From positions 6,209,962 to 6,273,961 of the forward strand of contig CM082594.2 in assembly GCA_040954595.2 (NCBI GenBank): DNA of 64,000 bases, read 5' to 3'. The position numbers were made by a program, and so were the translations under genes. Positions 27,001 to 38,690 of the stretch are shown piece by piece (the stretch's first letter is position 1; every line of letters begins with the position of its first letter). Under the pieces are notes generated by a model. That model was given only the letters and a program-made list of their open reading frames with translations, searched no databases and was not told where the DNA came from. This DNA comes from Balanoglossus misakiensis (Eukaryota > Animalia > Hemichordata).

Positions 27001-29094
27001 TTTGGTATTGTTTGCTTTGTGATGTAAATTCGTTTCCTCCGTTCTACACGTGCACGGTGTGGTTCGCACGGCCCAGCATGGCACTTGATGCAGTGCGTGG
27101 TATCGCAGGTTGGAGCTTTACCCTGCGGAAGGCATATTTTATATTATATTATGATATAAACAACAATATTCACCTTGTAGACCCACAGAGGTGTAATCGC
27201 TGCAAATGTCCGCAGCTTGCCCGTCGTCTCCTTCAGGAAATACGTGACTCTGTGTTGTAATCTAACCCGTGCTTAGTCTAGTCGTTCACTGTACAGTCGC
27301 CTGGGAGTTGGGTCGTTTACACGGCGATCGCCGTGTAAACGACCCAACTCCCAGGCGACCCAACACCGTGCACCGATCCCAGGCGACTGTGGTTCACTGT
27401 AAATCTTACCTGTCGTTGGCTATCAAATACTTCAGTCGAGCAGCCCCATTCCTCTGACTTGCCTGGTGCTTCCTTCACTTGTCGGGTTCTCCGAGTCGTT
27501 CTGTTCTGTGTACAGACACTGGACACGCTATTTCGTTGAGATGAATGTTAGATTGTTCGACAGTCTGCATAGAACTTTGTACTTCCAGCAAAAATAGCGT
27601 GAATCTGTCCATTTTGACGACACGGATTGCAGCACGCCCGACCACGGTGAAGGTCCACCAGTCAGCAACGATAAAGTAGTGCGGCGCGCCGTTGGTAGCA
27701 CTGAAAGTTATGAATCACGTCGCCTCATAAACATACACAGGCCGGCGTCCCATCCATCGGCCGTATGTCACACCAAAAAGTTACGTATCATCGTACCCGA
27801 ATATAGTGCGCCGTCGCCGTTCTGTCTACCCGGCGTGAAAAGGAATGTAACAATCGGACAATGTTTTTTGGTGAACGCAGTCGATAACTTGGAACACTGT
27901 ATCTAATGTTTCCGGTGCAAAACAAAAATCACAAGCTTCAACCGGGAACTAATAAAGTAGTATAAATAAATAATGTGAGGAGGGGCTTCGTGTTTCGAAC
28001 CACGATTATCCGTAGATCATGTCTGGGCACTGTCCAGCTGCAATGAGTAATTAGCCCGGTGGTCGTGTTGTGGGTTATGTTGGCTGAGGCCAAGCCGACG
28101 CAAAAACAAAGGCAAGAAGCCAGCGCACGGCTACCGGACTAAAAAATTACAGCTATCTTTTTTACAGCCCAGAGGGATCAAGGTTTTCTTCAACTTGAAG
28201 TAAGGATATAGCGTTTAAAGTTATCAACTGTTATATTTTGTCTGTATCCTTTCTTTCACCATCTTTAAGTTTAATTTTAATACTTTATTTTTTTCATATA
28301 TTTTGCGCTAAGTGCGCAAGATTTGTAATGTGCTAAGCATTTTTATTGGCATAGATTGGAAATTACGACATCGAGGTAGACGGGGCCACTCCCTCATCCC
28401 AGGACGACGTTGACTGGTTACCCTACGGCCAATATGCAGAGACGGGTGGACTTCCGGGATATAACAAGAAGTACCCTAAAGCGAAAAGTGGAGGCAAAAA
28501 GTTGGATTCCAATAAGGAACCAGTGCTATCAATTGACGAATCCTTTGCCGCTGAGGGCGGGGCGTACAATATAGGGATTCAGACGGTAATCAGTGAGCTT
28601 ATACCGTTTGGTATAAATGGGGGAAATCTTCAAAATTTTACCAAAAAGATTTTTCCTGTTTTGGATTGGAAACTGAGACATTAACATACATAATTTACTT
28701 TCAATGTGAAAATATATTTAACAATAACATAGTTCGGTTCCCATGTAATTAACCTGCAGATTTTTGGCATACCTACTTACGAAATTTATTATTATCTAAA
28801 AATAACTCAACAGTTCAATGCCATTAATAACCATTTTATGATAATTTACATGTCTGTTCTTTTCCACACATATAGGATGTCGAAGCTGTGGTTCCCGACG
28901 TTCACGTGTCTCCTGGCCGGGAGAACGAGCGCATAGCACCAGCGAAGAAATCGTCACCACCACCACCCCCGCCTCGACAGAAACCACCGCCACCATCACA
29001 ACAAAAACACCAGCAGACAGTACAGTCGGCACGGCCGCGGACACCGCCCTCCCCGCCACCGCGATCTCTACCGATAAAACCCAGCTACAACTAG
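20235..29094 (+). CDS. Four-transmembrane protein, array paralogue 3 (long isoform ~312 aa with proline-rich tail; possible short isoform ~175 aa)
   Basis: Exons 20235-20309 (MPIVTQFLCWSNTKDATRAVAMYGA), 21841-21913, 22150-22247 (..LYKVWFAML..), 23814-23906, 24349-24411, 24855-24941 (..VLAEYQ..). These continue either into 25351-25389 (EASNTRPIETIT*) or into 28355-28585 + 28876-29094 (..SSPPPPPPRQKPPPP..PIKPSYN*). Confidence 0.82.
23940..24161. repeat. (TGTA)n microsatellite
   Basis: Visible repeat in intron 4 of paralogue 3. Confidence 0.98.
27284..27400. mobile_element. MITE-like element with 14-bp terminal inverted repeats, flanking direct repeat and internal perfect palindrome
   Basis: ACAGTCGCCTGGGA (27293-27306) pairs with TCCCAGGCGACTGT (27377-27390). 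GTTCACTGT occurs on both sides (27284-27292 and 27392-27400). 27296-27359 is a perfect 64-bp palindrome. Confidence 0.7.
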
Positions 29095-30572
29095 TGCCCC
29101 TCCCCGCTGACTGACTTCCAGGCCCGTGTGTGCTATACTCCAAGTCCCGCGTCTGGGATCGCGAGTTCCGAGACAACTGAATATCACACGCGACGGAACA
29201 GAGTCTCCGACACAGTGGTGGTAACAAGGGCTCAAAATACCCATCAAAGTTTTCGTACAGTATGTCAAAACACATTTGAAGTGTTTCATTTCTAAGCGCT
29301 GAGTCGGGTGCTTGGAAGCGTTGCTTACTTGTACTCCCTTAATAACCGGATTTGCGTTTATATTTTAGCTGTTGCAAACAACTGCGTATTGTAATGAAAA
29401 TTGTTAAAATAGGCCGTTGGTGGCGCTTCGTTGCCAGGTAGACCATTTTCCAGCCTTATTTGCCATTCTAGCGGGAACCGCCCCTAGATAATCATTTTAC
29501 GTAATGTTGATCAGTTTTATGTGATTTTAAAGACTTTTTGATACTGCGATTTGTACGGTACTGATTTATAAAATTTGCAGAATTTGGCGGGTTTGGCGGG
29601 TTACACTGACAGTAAGCATACAGTACATGTTAATGCATACTTTTTCAGTAGTGAATGCTTGAATAAATAAATATGTATAATAATAATTGAAATCACGAAT
29701 TGGTCAGTTTCAGTCAAAGGACATGAAATAAATACAATACTTTCTAATTTACATACTTTCTAATTTACATACGCCCATATACGATAAAAGAGTGTATCTA
29801 TAATGTATTGTAATGACGTGGCGATATACATTTTGTCGCATGGCCACTCAAGTGGAACTCTTCGATTGACCAGATCACAACTCATGGTAACTGTGTCTAA
29901 TTTGCATAGGTAAACGTGTACATGTATGAAGTCAACACGTTTGAATAAAAACTCGTGTTGATGACAGCCGATGTACAAATCACACCAAAGACACGTGATC
30001 ATGTGTGATCGTACCAGCGACATGGGTTCCGATTGTCTAAGGCGACCTAGAACACAAACAAATTTTCTACGGACATTTTATTATAACAATCATTCGTTAT
30101 GTAACTTTGAAAAGTTGTCGACATGCAAACGACTACTTTGATTCGAAACGTACGTACACAAAGGGAAATATTTTCAAACATGTTACAACCAGTGTACAAT
30201 GTGCAGTTTTGTTTTCATCGACACCGTGACAGGATCAAGAAAGAAAGAGAGGATTTCAGTCTCACAACGTACAGAACGGTGAGTTTATTAGAATTTATCG
30301 ATTTTGCTTTTTTTTGGTCATCGCCATAAATTCATGTTGACGTTTTGAACCCACGCGGTTAAAATTTCTTTCAACTCGAGCCATATAAATTAAATAATAG
30401 CATATTAGCCAGCGGCCTTGCCACGTAAGTTGGGAGGAGATTATTTATATATTTATTAATATATTTTGCCTTAACAGTGAACCCGGTGCTTGTTGTACAT
30501 GTAACAACAATTGAAGCTCTTCGGTTGCAGTTCCTCAAAGTGACATTGCGTCTCTAAGCATCGACTGCCAGG

Positions 30573-32985
30573 ATGCCGTTGTTAAACTCGTTTCTGTGGT
30601 ACAAAAACACGAAGGATGCGTCGGCTGCTTTTGCCAAGTTGGGGGCTGTAAGTAGTGGTTCTAAATTGCACGCTCGTTCTTGTTCTGCTCAAAGGGGACT
30701 AAAGGTTCGCCATGTGGCTATTGACGACCACATGAAATTATGGAAGGGGCTATCCTGCTTTCGTCAGAAGAGTCACTCGGTTTCGCTTTTGTTCATGGGA
30801 GCTCCTTATTGACAGACAAGAAAACACATTTATACCCCTCCTCGGAAAAAAAACCTGACCAGTCCCTAAGCAAAACGACAACGCCACATCCTGCATGCAA
30901 AAAAAACAACAGTACGTACTTTCACAGCATCGGTACAGTAGAGGGCGTTACAACCGGTAGTATCTCTAATACATGTACCTTTTGTGACATAACTCCACAG
31001 CTGATGTCGACTTTGTTTATTCTCATTCACATCCACCGGTTGACGATTAGCTTGAAGAATGACCCCGACACAGGTAAGACTTTTCTGTACTTCTTATACA
31101 CCGTTGACTATAGAGAGTACCGATTCGTTTGATACAACCCCAGTAAATTAGGTCTAATAGAGATAGACAATCATTTCCAAACTTACCCAGATATTTGCCC
31201 AGATGGTCATTACTGTACTCCTGAGGACGCCCTTCCAAAACATGGCGTCATCTCCAAGACAGCTGATCATGTCTTTTGTATATTCCTATCTTGCAGGGCC
31301 TTATGCGGTAGTATACAAAATATACTTCGGAATGCTGCTCGTGTACTCTATGTATTTCATCATCAACTTTATAACGATAATGGCTACCAGTAAGGTGGGG
31401 ATTCGATCACTGTGTTGTGTGACTGGTGTTGGTCACACAAACTCTTATATTCCAAATGCACTGTATTTCTATGTTTTTTCTGGGTTTTGTGTGTGTGTGA
31501 CAATATTTCGCTTCACTTGATTTGAACCAAAGAAAATCAGCTTCGCTCTCCTCACATCGGCAGAGGAATGAATACAATATCATCAACACATACTCAGGCA
31601 TTGGCCTAAGCCAGCCTCTACCGCCAAATGCAAACAGGCCCTCGTAACAATTGGATTGGAAATACCTCTACTCCTTACACAAACCCAGCAATTCGGGGCT
31701 GTGACGTGTACCTCTTGTAATTATAAGCTTACGGTGCCAATGACTTCACAGGTAGGTTACTCAGTCTTTGTAATACACATGTATTCCGCGACTGAATCTT
31801 ACTTAACACTCTGCCGTTTTGAATTGTTTGCAGGGATCACGTTTCCTCATGATGTTATGCCTTGTCTATGTGGTCATTTTTGAGATATGCGATATTTCTG
31901 CATTCAGTGTGATCGTCTGGCAATTGGTGAGTTGCTTTACAAATAATTACCATATAAAATTATGATCGTCAACTATCGAAGAAAATACGAATGTCTAATC
32001 CCGATAGGGCGTTGATTATGTATCTCACAGGGTTTCGGAAACAGAGAACGACTTGAATTGCTCCTGACGCTACTGAAGCTGGCGATAAACGTGAGTAACA
32101 GCTGAGAAGCGTGCTTTTGATTTAGTGGTGTCATACATACGAATTCACAAATCCTCTGCAGATTTTCCTGTCCTCCTGACCGACATGTCTGTCAGTCTCT
32201 CTGTCTACCTCTCTCTCTCTCTCTAGCAATTTCCTCTGCATGACATGTAAAGACATGTTTTTGTGTGATTTTTCCCGCCTAGGCCACATTTTTCTTCGTG
32301 GTTCTGTCTGAGTATCAACACACTTCAATGCTGGTAACACGTGCTAAGAAGGTAAGATTCGGGACGCGGGATAAAATAACCAGAACCTTCTATACAATAG
32401 CTCAAACTTGAAGTTCAACATTCATTCACATGTTAGTTCCAAGCCCAATGACCAGAGTATGCATTTATTCCTGATTGTTTGGGGTGCTTTTTTTAACTTC
32501 AGAAAGGACCAATTTCGTCACACACAAACACTTACTCCCCTCCCACACACAAATATGTGTTGCACCTATTTGTATCACATGTTTTGCCTTGCACTTAGGC
32601 GCAAAAAGCAAAAGAAAAGAAACCAAAAGAAGAAAAAGCGATGAAGAAAGATAAAAAGTCAAGCGGTCGGGCTTCTGAGGACGACATTTCTTTGAACATA
32701 ATCACGACAGAAGTACAACGTCAACAGAGTCATGCGGAGTCAAACCACCTGTCCATCAAGCGAGAGTCATTACCTGGCGATGTTGTCACTATGGAGACGC
32801 CCGAGCATCCGGGAAACTATGAGGGCGGCCATGTTTCTGCAGGAACCGGGAAAAGGAAGCCAAGTGTTGTGTCATTCAAGCCAAACGACGACAAAGCGTC
32901 GGTGATGACGCCGTCGGTAAAAAGCCAGAAATCCAGTGGATACGAAAACCAAGGTTTCCATACAGGCAACACTTCATTGCATTAG
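30573..32985 (+). CDS. Four-transmembrane protein, array paralogue 4 (~284 aa)
   Basis: Exons 30573-30647 (MPLLNSFLWYKNTKDASAAFAKLGA), 31001-31073, 31297-31394, 31834-31926, 32031-32090, 32283-32351 (..VLSEYQ..), 32599-32985 (Lys-rich start, ending ..GYENQGFHTGNTSLH*). A 5'UTR exon probably ends at the donor at 30278, with its acceptor at 30530. Confidence 0.88.
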
Positions 32986-34020
32986 AAATGAGCAATTCAA
33001 CTGGTTGGAAGACTCGTCGATTGATGGCGTTGTCCAGTCACACCTTCCTTTGAATTTCCAAACCGACTGTTCAGTATACTATACAATGTACATGTATAAT
33101 AAATATTATATGTTTCAGTGCAGTTTATGAAGTCATTAATAATCCGATATATGTCTCCATATAACACCATTCCCGCAGAACTCATAAATACAAAATATAC
33201 AACGCTATGACTATACAGACTATGTTGGCAAGCGGAATACCATGTATGCTGTAATAGCAGAACGAGAATATGCATTTGATGCAGACAGCGAAAATATTGG
33301 GTAAAAAGCCGAAAAGTTACAGATAACGCCCCTTTATGAGACCGCCTGTGTTTAGCTGACTGGCAGTACGTGGCTTTTGATCACCAAGAAAGTTATTTTG
33401 CCCCGCGGCCACCTCACGTCTTGGCTCTCCCTTTGTTGGTGATGTTATGCGACGGAAATCACGTGACAGGGTCTTGAATACAGAGGTCGTACCGTGGCCC
33501 ACAACACATACAAGACCCATTACGTGTGACTTTCAATTGGACGCTTCTTTGTACTTCTGGTATTCATGAGTTCCGAAGTACACCGCGGAGGTCAATGCAC
33601 AGCAGTGGCATGGCCGGACTCTAGCCGAGTCTGAGTATTTCCCCTTCATTCATTCATTCGTTCATTTATATATTATTTAAGAGTGACAATAGCGACTTCT
33701 CACAGGGCGTTGAATTCCCACCTGTCGAGTCCAGAGTCTGTGTGTGAGAGAGAGACTGAGGTGTACTCCGCTGGTGATAGCCGCTTGGGAACATCACTCT
33801 TCAAGTTCAACTCACCGTTGAGTGACGGGGATCTTCCGCCCATTCAGACTCGGCGTTCTCGCAACCCGGTGTAGGTCGGTGCGGTGCGGTGGCTACGAAG
33901 GGAAAATTCTGACGGGGCTCCAGAGACACAATGCTGAGTATCTTAGACTCCGATCGATTGATGGTGATCTAGTTCTCGCGCCTGCTGCAAGACTTTTCTC
34001 AAATCCCCTACCCCTGTAAC

Positions 34021-36963
34021 ATGAACACGAAGACAACAAGTCGCATGTGTGCCTTATACAGTGCGGTAAGTTCTACTGACACACATTTCTACCTCCCCCC
34101 CCCCCATCCCCAAGAAAAGGAAACTACATTGCACACATTCCTTTATATAAGGGCCATTTTCTGTGGTTCTGTACACAGCTGCGCCATTAACAATTCCGTC
34201 AGGCTTTTTTTGTTCTCGGCTTGTCTATCGATTTATGTGACTAATGATCGCGCTATTTATAGATTTGTGTGAATGTCTTGCCTTTGCCGTGCAAGAAGCC
34301 CCTATGTCTTTAATCACGTACATCTTGGAACGCCCCTTATATTCCCTGGCGTCACCAGAAAAGTATATCAAATTGGCAAATAAGCAACAGTGCCAACACT
34401 TTCCACGCCCGAAGGAAGTTATACTATTGTGTAATCTGTGCACGTGGTTGACCTAAATTGTTTGGAGTCACGATCTTCGCGTGTTTTATAGTTGAGTCCG
34501 GTCGGTGGATACCAGTATGTCACGCGTAAGAATTGTTCGCTGGCCTGCGCTGTGATAAGATTCGTCTAATTCAAGTCCTTGAGAAACCCTGATGACTGTT
34601 CGCTGAGGACAATCTATTTTTAGCGAGTATTATAAGTGTGAATATTGTTAATCTGATTCTTCAAAAACCGTCTCTGTCCCTACCCACAGTGCCCTACCCT
34701 TTTGTAAAGGCAGATGACAGATAGGAACATTCTGACAAAACAATGGAACGCCGCCATTAACATAATAATTGATTCTATTGTTATGAAAATGAATGTAACC
34801 TTTTTTCCTGAGGAGTTCACCGACTTGACTTCTTTTTGTCTCTCATGGTCTCAGCATGTCTCAGACACGTCATTGATGACGCGTATGCAGAACACCTGCC
34901 AAATAAATCATTTACAACTATCAAACACAACCGGCATCATTCATAATTAAACTCCAGTATATACACGTTACGTATCATCATGACGTTTTGAAGGTGCACT
35001 GTGTAATTCTCATGTCGATATTCTTTCAGATGACCTCGATTGGGTTCATATTTTTCTACGTTTTCATGCTGACGAGTCCGGGGGATAAGAACCCTGCAGA
35101 TCCGGACTATGGGACAGGTAAGAAACCAGTGTGCCCGGTGTAAATAATAACAGCGTTATAAGATATGGTAATTTACGAGGTTTGCACGGTCAGAATTTCT
35201 GACGTGGACTGCCTGTGCAGTGTATCATCGTTAGCAAGGGGAATACCGGGGTCTTGGCTTCCATATGTGCATTCTTCCAGTTAATTTGATCGATGTTATA
35301 TTTCACAGAAAAGGAAGGCGACATTCGCTATAAAGTATGGTTTGTCTTCGTAGCGGCGTACTCCATGTACTTCATTACATCGTTTATGCTAATTAACGGA
35401 ATTGAAAAGGTGGGTGTCGTGCTGCTGGCTGTTACAATAATTTACATATGTGGTGGGGGTGGTGGTGGTGGTGGTGATTGTGTTGATGGCAAAACAAGCA
35501 AACCTTAACCCTCGAGAAAAATGTTCATAAGTGACACTTGTATCTTTAATTTACAACCAACAGGAAAGTCCTGGCTTGATGCTTTACTTTCTGATATTCC
35601 TTGCTTTATTCATCGTTTTGGACGGTGGACTCAACATTTTTCTCGTGATGAAGGTAAGGGTTTCAATTGAGAGAACTACTGAAAATAAAACAGATGTTTA
35701 AAACAATAATATATAACCGTTTGGTGATAAATTGCATTCAGGCAAACTTCGGCACAGCTGAGAAAGTAAAACAAGCAGTAACTATTTTTATTTCGTTTTC
35801 GTTTACTATAATTACATTTATTGCATTTCAATTGTATATCGCAGGTTTTCAATGCAAGTCTGCATTTAGTTATTTTTTTGTACGTCTATATCACATATGC
35901 TTAGCCGTTCGCGTTTTTTTCTTTACAGAAAGGTGTGTTGGCTGTTGTGTTTGAATTCGCACTCTTCCTGGCCACTTTTATAGCAAACGTAAGTCGTGTC
36001 TAATCTTACCATTCTCCGAACTCAACATGGTGGTTTGACTTCAAACACTGGAACGGCCAACCAATGCTATCGAATCTGTGCTAACTCACCATAGGACAAA
36101 CATTTGAATATCGTCTGTTTGAAAATGGCGAACAGGTGTCCGATCAAAACACAAGAATGTAAAGGTTACTCGGGGGTCATGAAAATGGCCCCACGGTGAC
36201 GTCATATTTAATTTTTAAACAGAGAGTACTTCACTTGAGCAGTCTATACATGTAAGAGCTTTCATTCGTTACACCTAAGTAAAACCTGCTTAGTCTAATG
36301 CTGTTTTCACACACTTCAGATTTTTGTATTTGTCGTGGTGCTGTTGGAATACAAAGCGACGAAAATAAGACGTTGGGAAGAGTCGATTAATCAGGACCAC
36401 AATAAAATGGTAAGTCGGTCAGCAGCTGCATTTGGATCCCAGTTCTTCAGTTTAAAACCAATTTAATTCGGGTTAGCTTTCTCACCTGCATGGGGGTTGA
36501 TTTTGTTGGGGAGACTAGAATTTCTGTGAGACTCTAAATTCTTTGGTCAATGCCCCTTAACGACGATGTGATGCGAATCTGACGTTCTCCGGCGAGAGTT
36601 TGTGCGAGCCATTCCAAGCGAATCGATAGCCAGACTATGTCTACTGTGGTCGACAAGCGCACAGTATGCGCAACCACAGTACAGTAATTTCTTGTCTTTT
36701 TCCGCCCACAGAATCACTTTTTTGAGGAACACCTGCAGCCGGGTCAAGCAGGAGTCGACCTGAACCATTTCATGGAAGACGAAAAGCAGAATCATAACAA
36801 GGGCGGTGGCGAAACGACGACTTCGGTTAGATTTGCAGACACCATCACGGTGACGAGGTCCAACGGCCCGGTGGACGTAGGCAGAGCGCAAAGGAACCAC
36901 TACGAAGAGAGAGCACACACTTACGGCATGGAAAATGCGGGGAGAAACGCTCGGTATATCTAG
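34021..36963 (+). CDS. Four-transmembrane protein, array paralogue 5 (~241 aa; start codon uncertain)
   Basis: Exons 34021-34065 (MNTKTTSRMCALYSA), 35030-35117, 35309-35409 (..RYKVWF..), 35564-35653, 35929-35988, 36320-36409 (..VLLEYK..), 36712-36963 (..SVRFAD..GMENAGRNARYI*). Confidence 0.85.
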
Positions 36964-38690
36964 AAAGCAGAATAAAAAGGGTCAATGTGAAGCAAACAAA
37001 ACCCAAAGACACATTCCATTAAGTGACCACCTTGTTGGAGAGGATAAATATTCAATTGACTTGTCGCGGGCTTGACCACGAATATACACACAACACAACG
37101 CAACTGAACACCCAAAAGACTGAAGTTTGGTTTCAGATAATTCTGAAGCCCTACATATTCGAACGTTTCGAAATTCTGGTCAGGCCTTTAGGAGTTGAAT
37201 GGTGGAACAGTGTCATGAACCGACAATCATCATATCATTTACAGGCGGACATGTTACTCCTTCAACATATTTTTAAAAGAAAATCAGAAGGAAGATGATT
37301 GACTTATGCAAGAAGATGAAACATATTCTAAGGTGCTTATTAACAATAGAATTTTAAAAGTAGTTGCCTGATTCCCTGGGCGATAAAGTTAACCCATTTT
37401 GTACGTATCATGTGTACCCAGGACCATAAAGCTGTTTGTATTTGCTTTTTATTGATATTTAATTCGCTAAATACCTGCCATGTACAACACATTGTTACCA
37501 TACAGAATGCCATCGTACAATAACATTGCCAGTCTGACGTAGACGTTGTCTGTTTTTAACACAGTGTATATACTGCCGATACTTAACTGCTTGAAAATGA
37601 ATTCGAGAAGTGGATGTATTTGTTTTGAAATATTCGTGCTTATATTGTGACTGCCACTACACCCCCCCCCCTTTCTTCCATTTTAACACATATTTAGTGT
37701 ATTTTATATTCCAAGTGGATTAATAAAATAGTAATAATTTTAAACTGTCCGTGCAGTATGTAATCTTTTCGTGGTATCAATTTACACGGTAATTTCCAGT
37801 CAACTTTTGTGACCAAATGGTTTTGCAATGTTAACAATATGAACACACAGGGAGTAGTTTGATTCGTGGAGGGAGTGGACTTCCCTTTACTGCGAAGATT
37901 TCCACCACTCCGTGCTGAGAGCGCTAAAGAGTCTCCACGTTCACAGCTCATACGAGCACGGGTACCGCCGAGGAAAAACACTTCATTTGTCATGGAATAA
38001 ATTTTGAAGAGGACTACAGTATTTGTCACGCTTGGTGTCGTTTACACGTGGGCGTAATAGTGTCCACGTTTCGGTCAACAAGGTGAATCGGGGACACGCG
38101 GCTCGTTGTACATCAGGGCCGATGGAATATTTGCCCCCATGTGAAGGTGTCTGTCACGGTTGAATGAAAACCCAACAAATTGTTCAGGTTGCGGACGAAA
38201 ACAGCTGGGTAGGAACCGTTGGTATAAAAGCGTCGTGTCATTGATTACATTCATTTGGACTATAAACTGCACAATTGGACAATGGTAATTTTAGTTTCGG
38301 TCATTTTTTCCCTTCTATACCCACTGTTCGTACGGTTTTGACCCCCCGTTACCCTCCCCACCCTTGAAAGACCCAGAGTTGAAAGGGTGAAGGGTTGGAA
38401 ACAAAATCGATGTCACCAATAAAAGGGAGAAAGTGTTTCATATTCATGACGTAGTCGGGCCTATTCATATGCAGGATACCCACACGCAACAATTGACGCT
38501 CCACTAGCACATGCGTAGTGAGGAATGCGCGTGTGACCTTTCACACTATTTGGAGAGGAGAGCAAGTGATTACTAATATTGGGCGAGGCCTGGTGGTCCG
38601 CATTTTGTTTTTAGATCGACTTGGTTCTGGTCTGATCTGATCCCACTTTCGACGTTCTAACTGGTGGCTACACGAATTCCGATCAACAAG

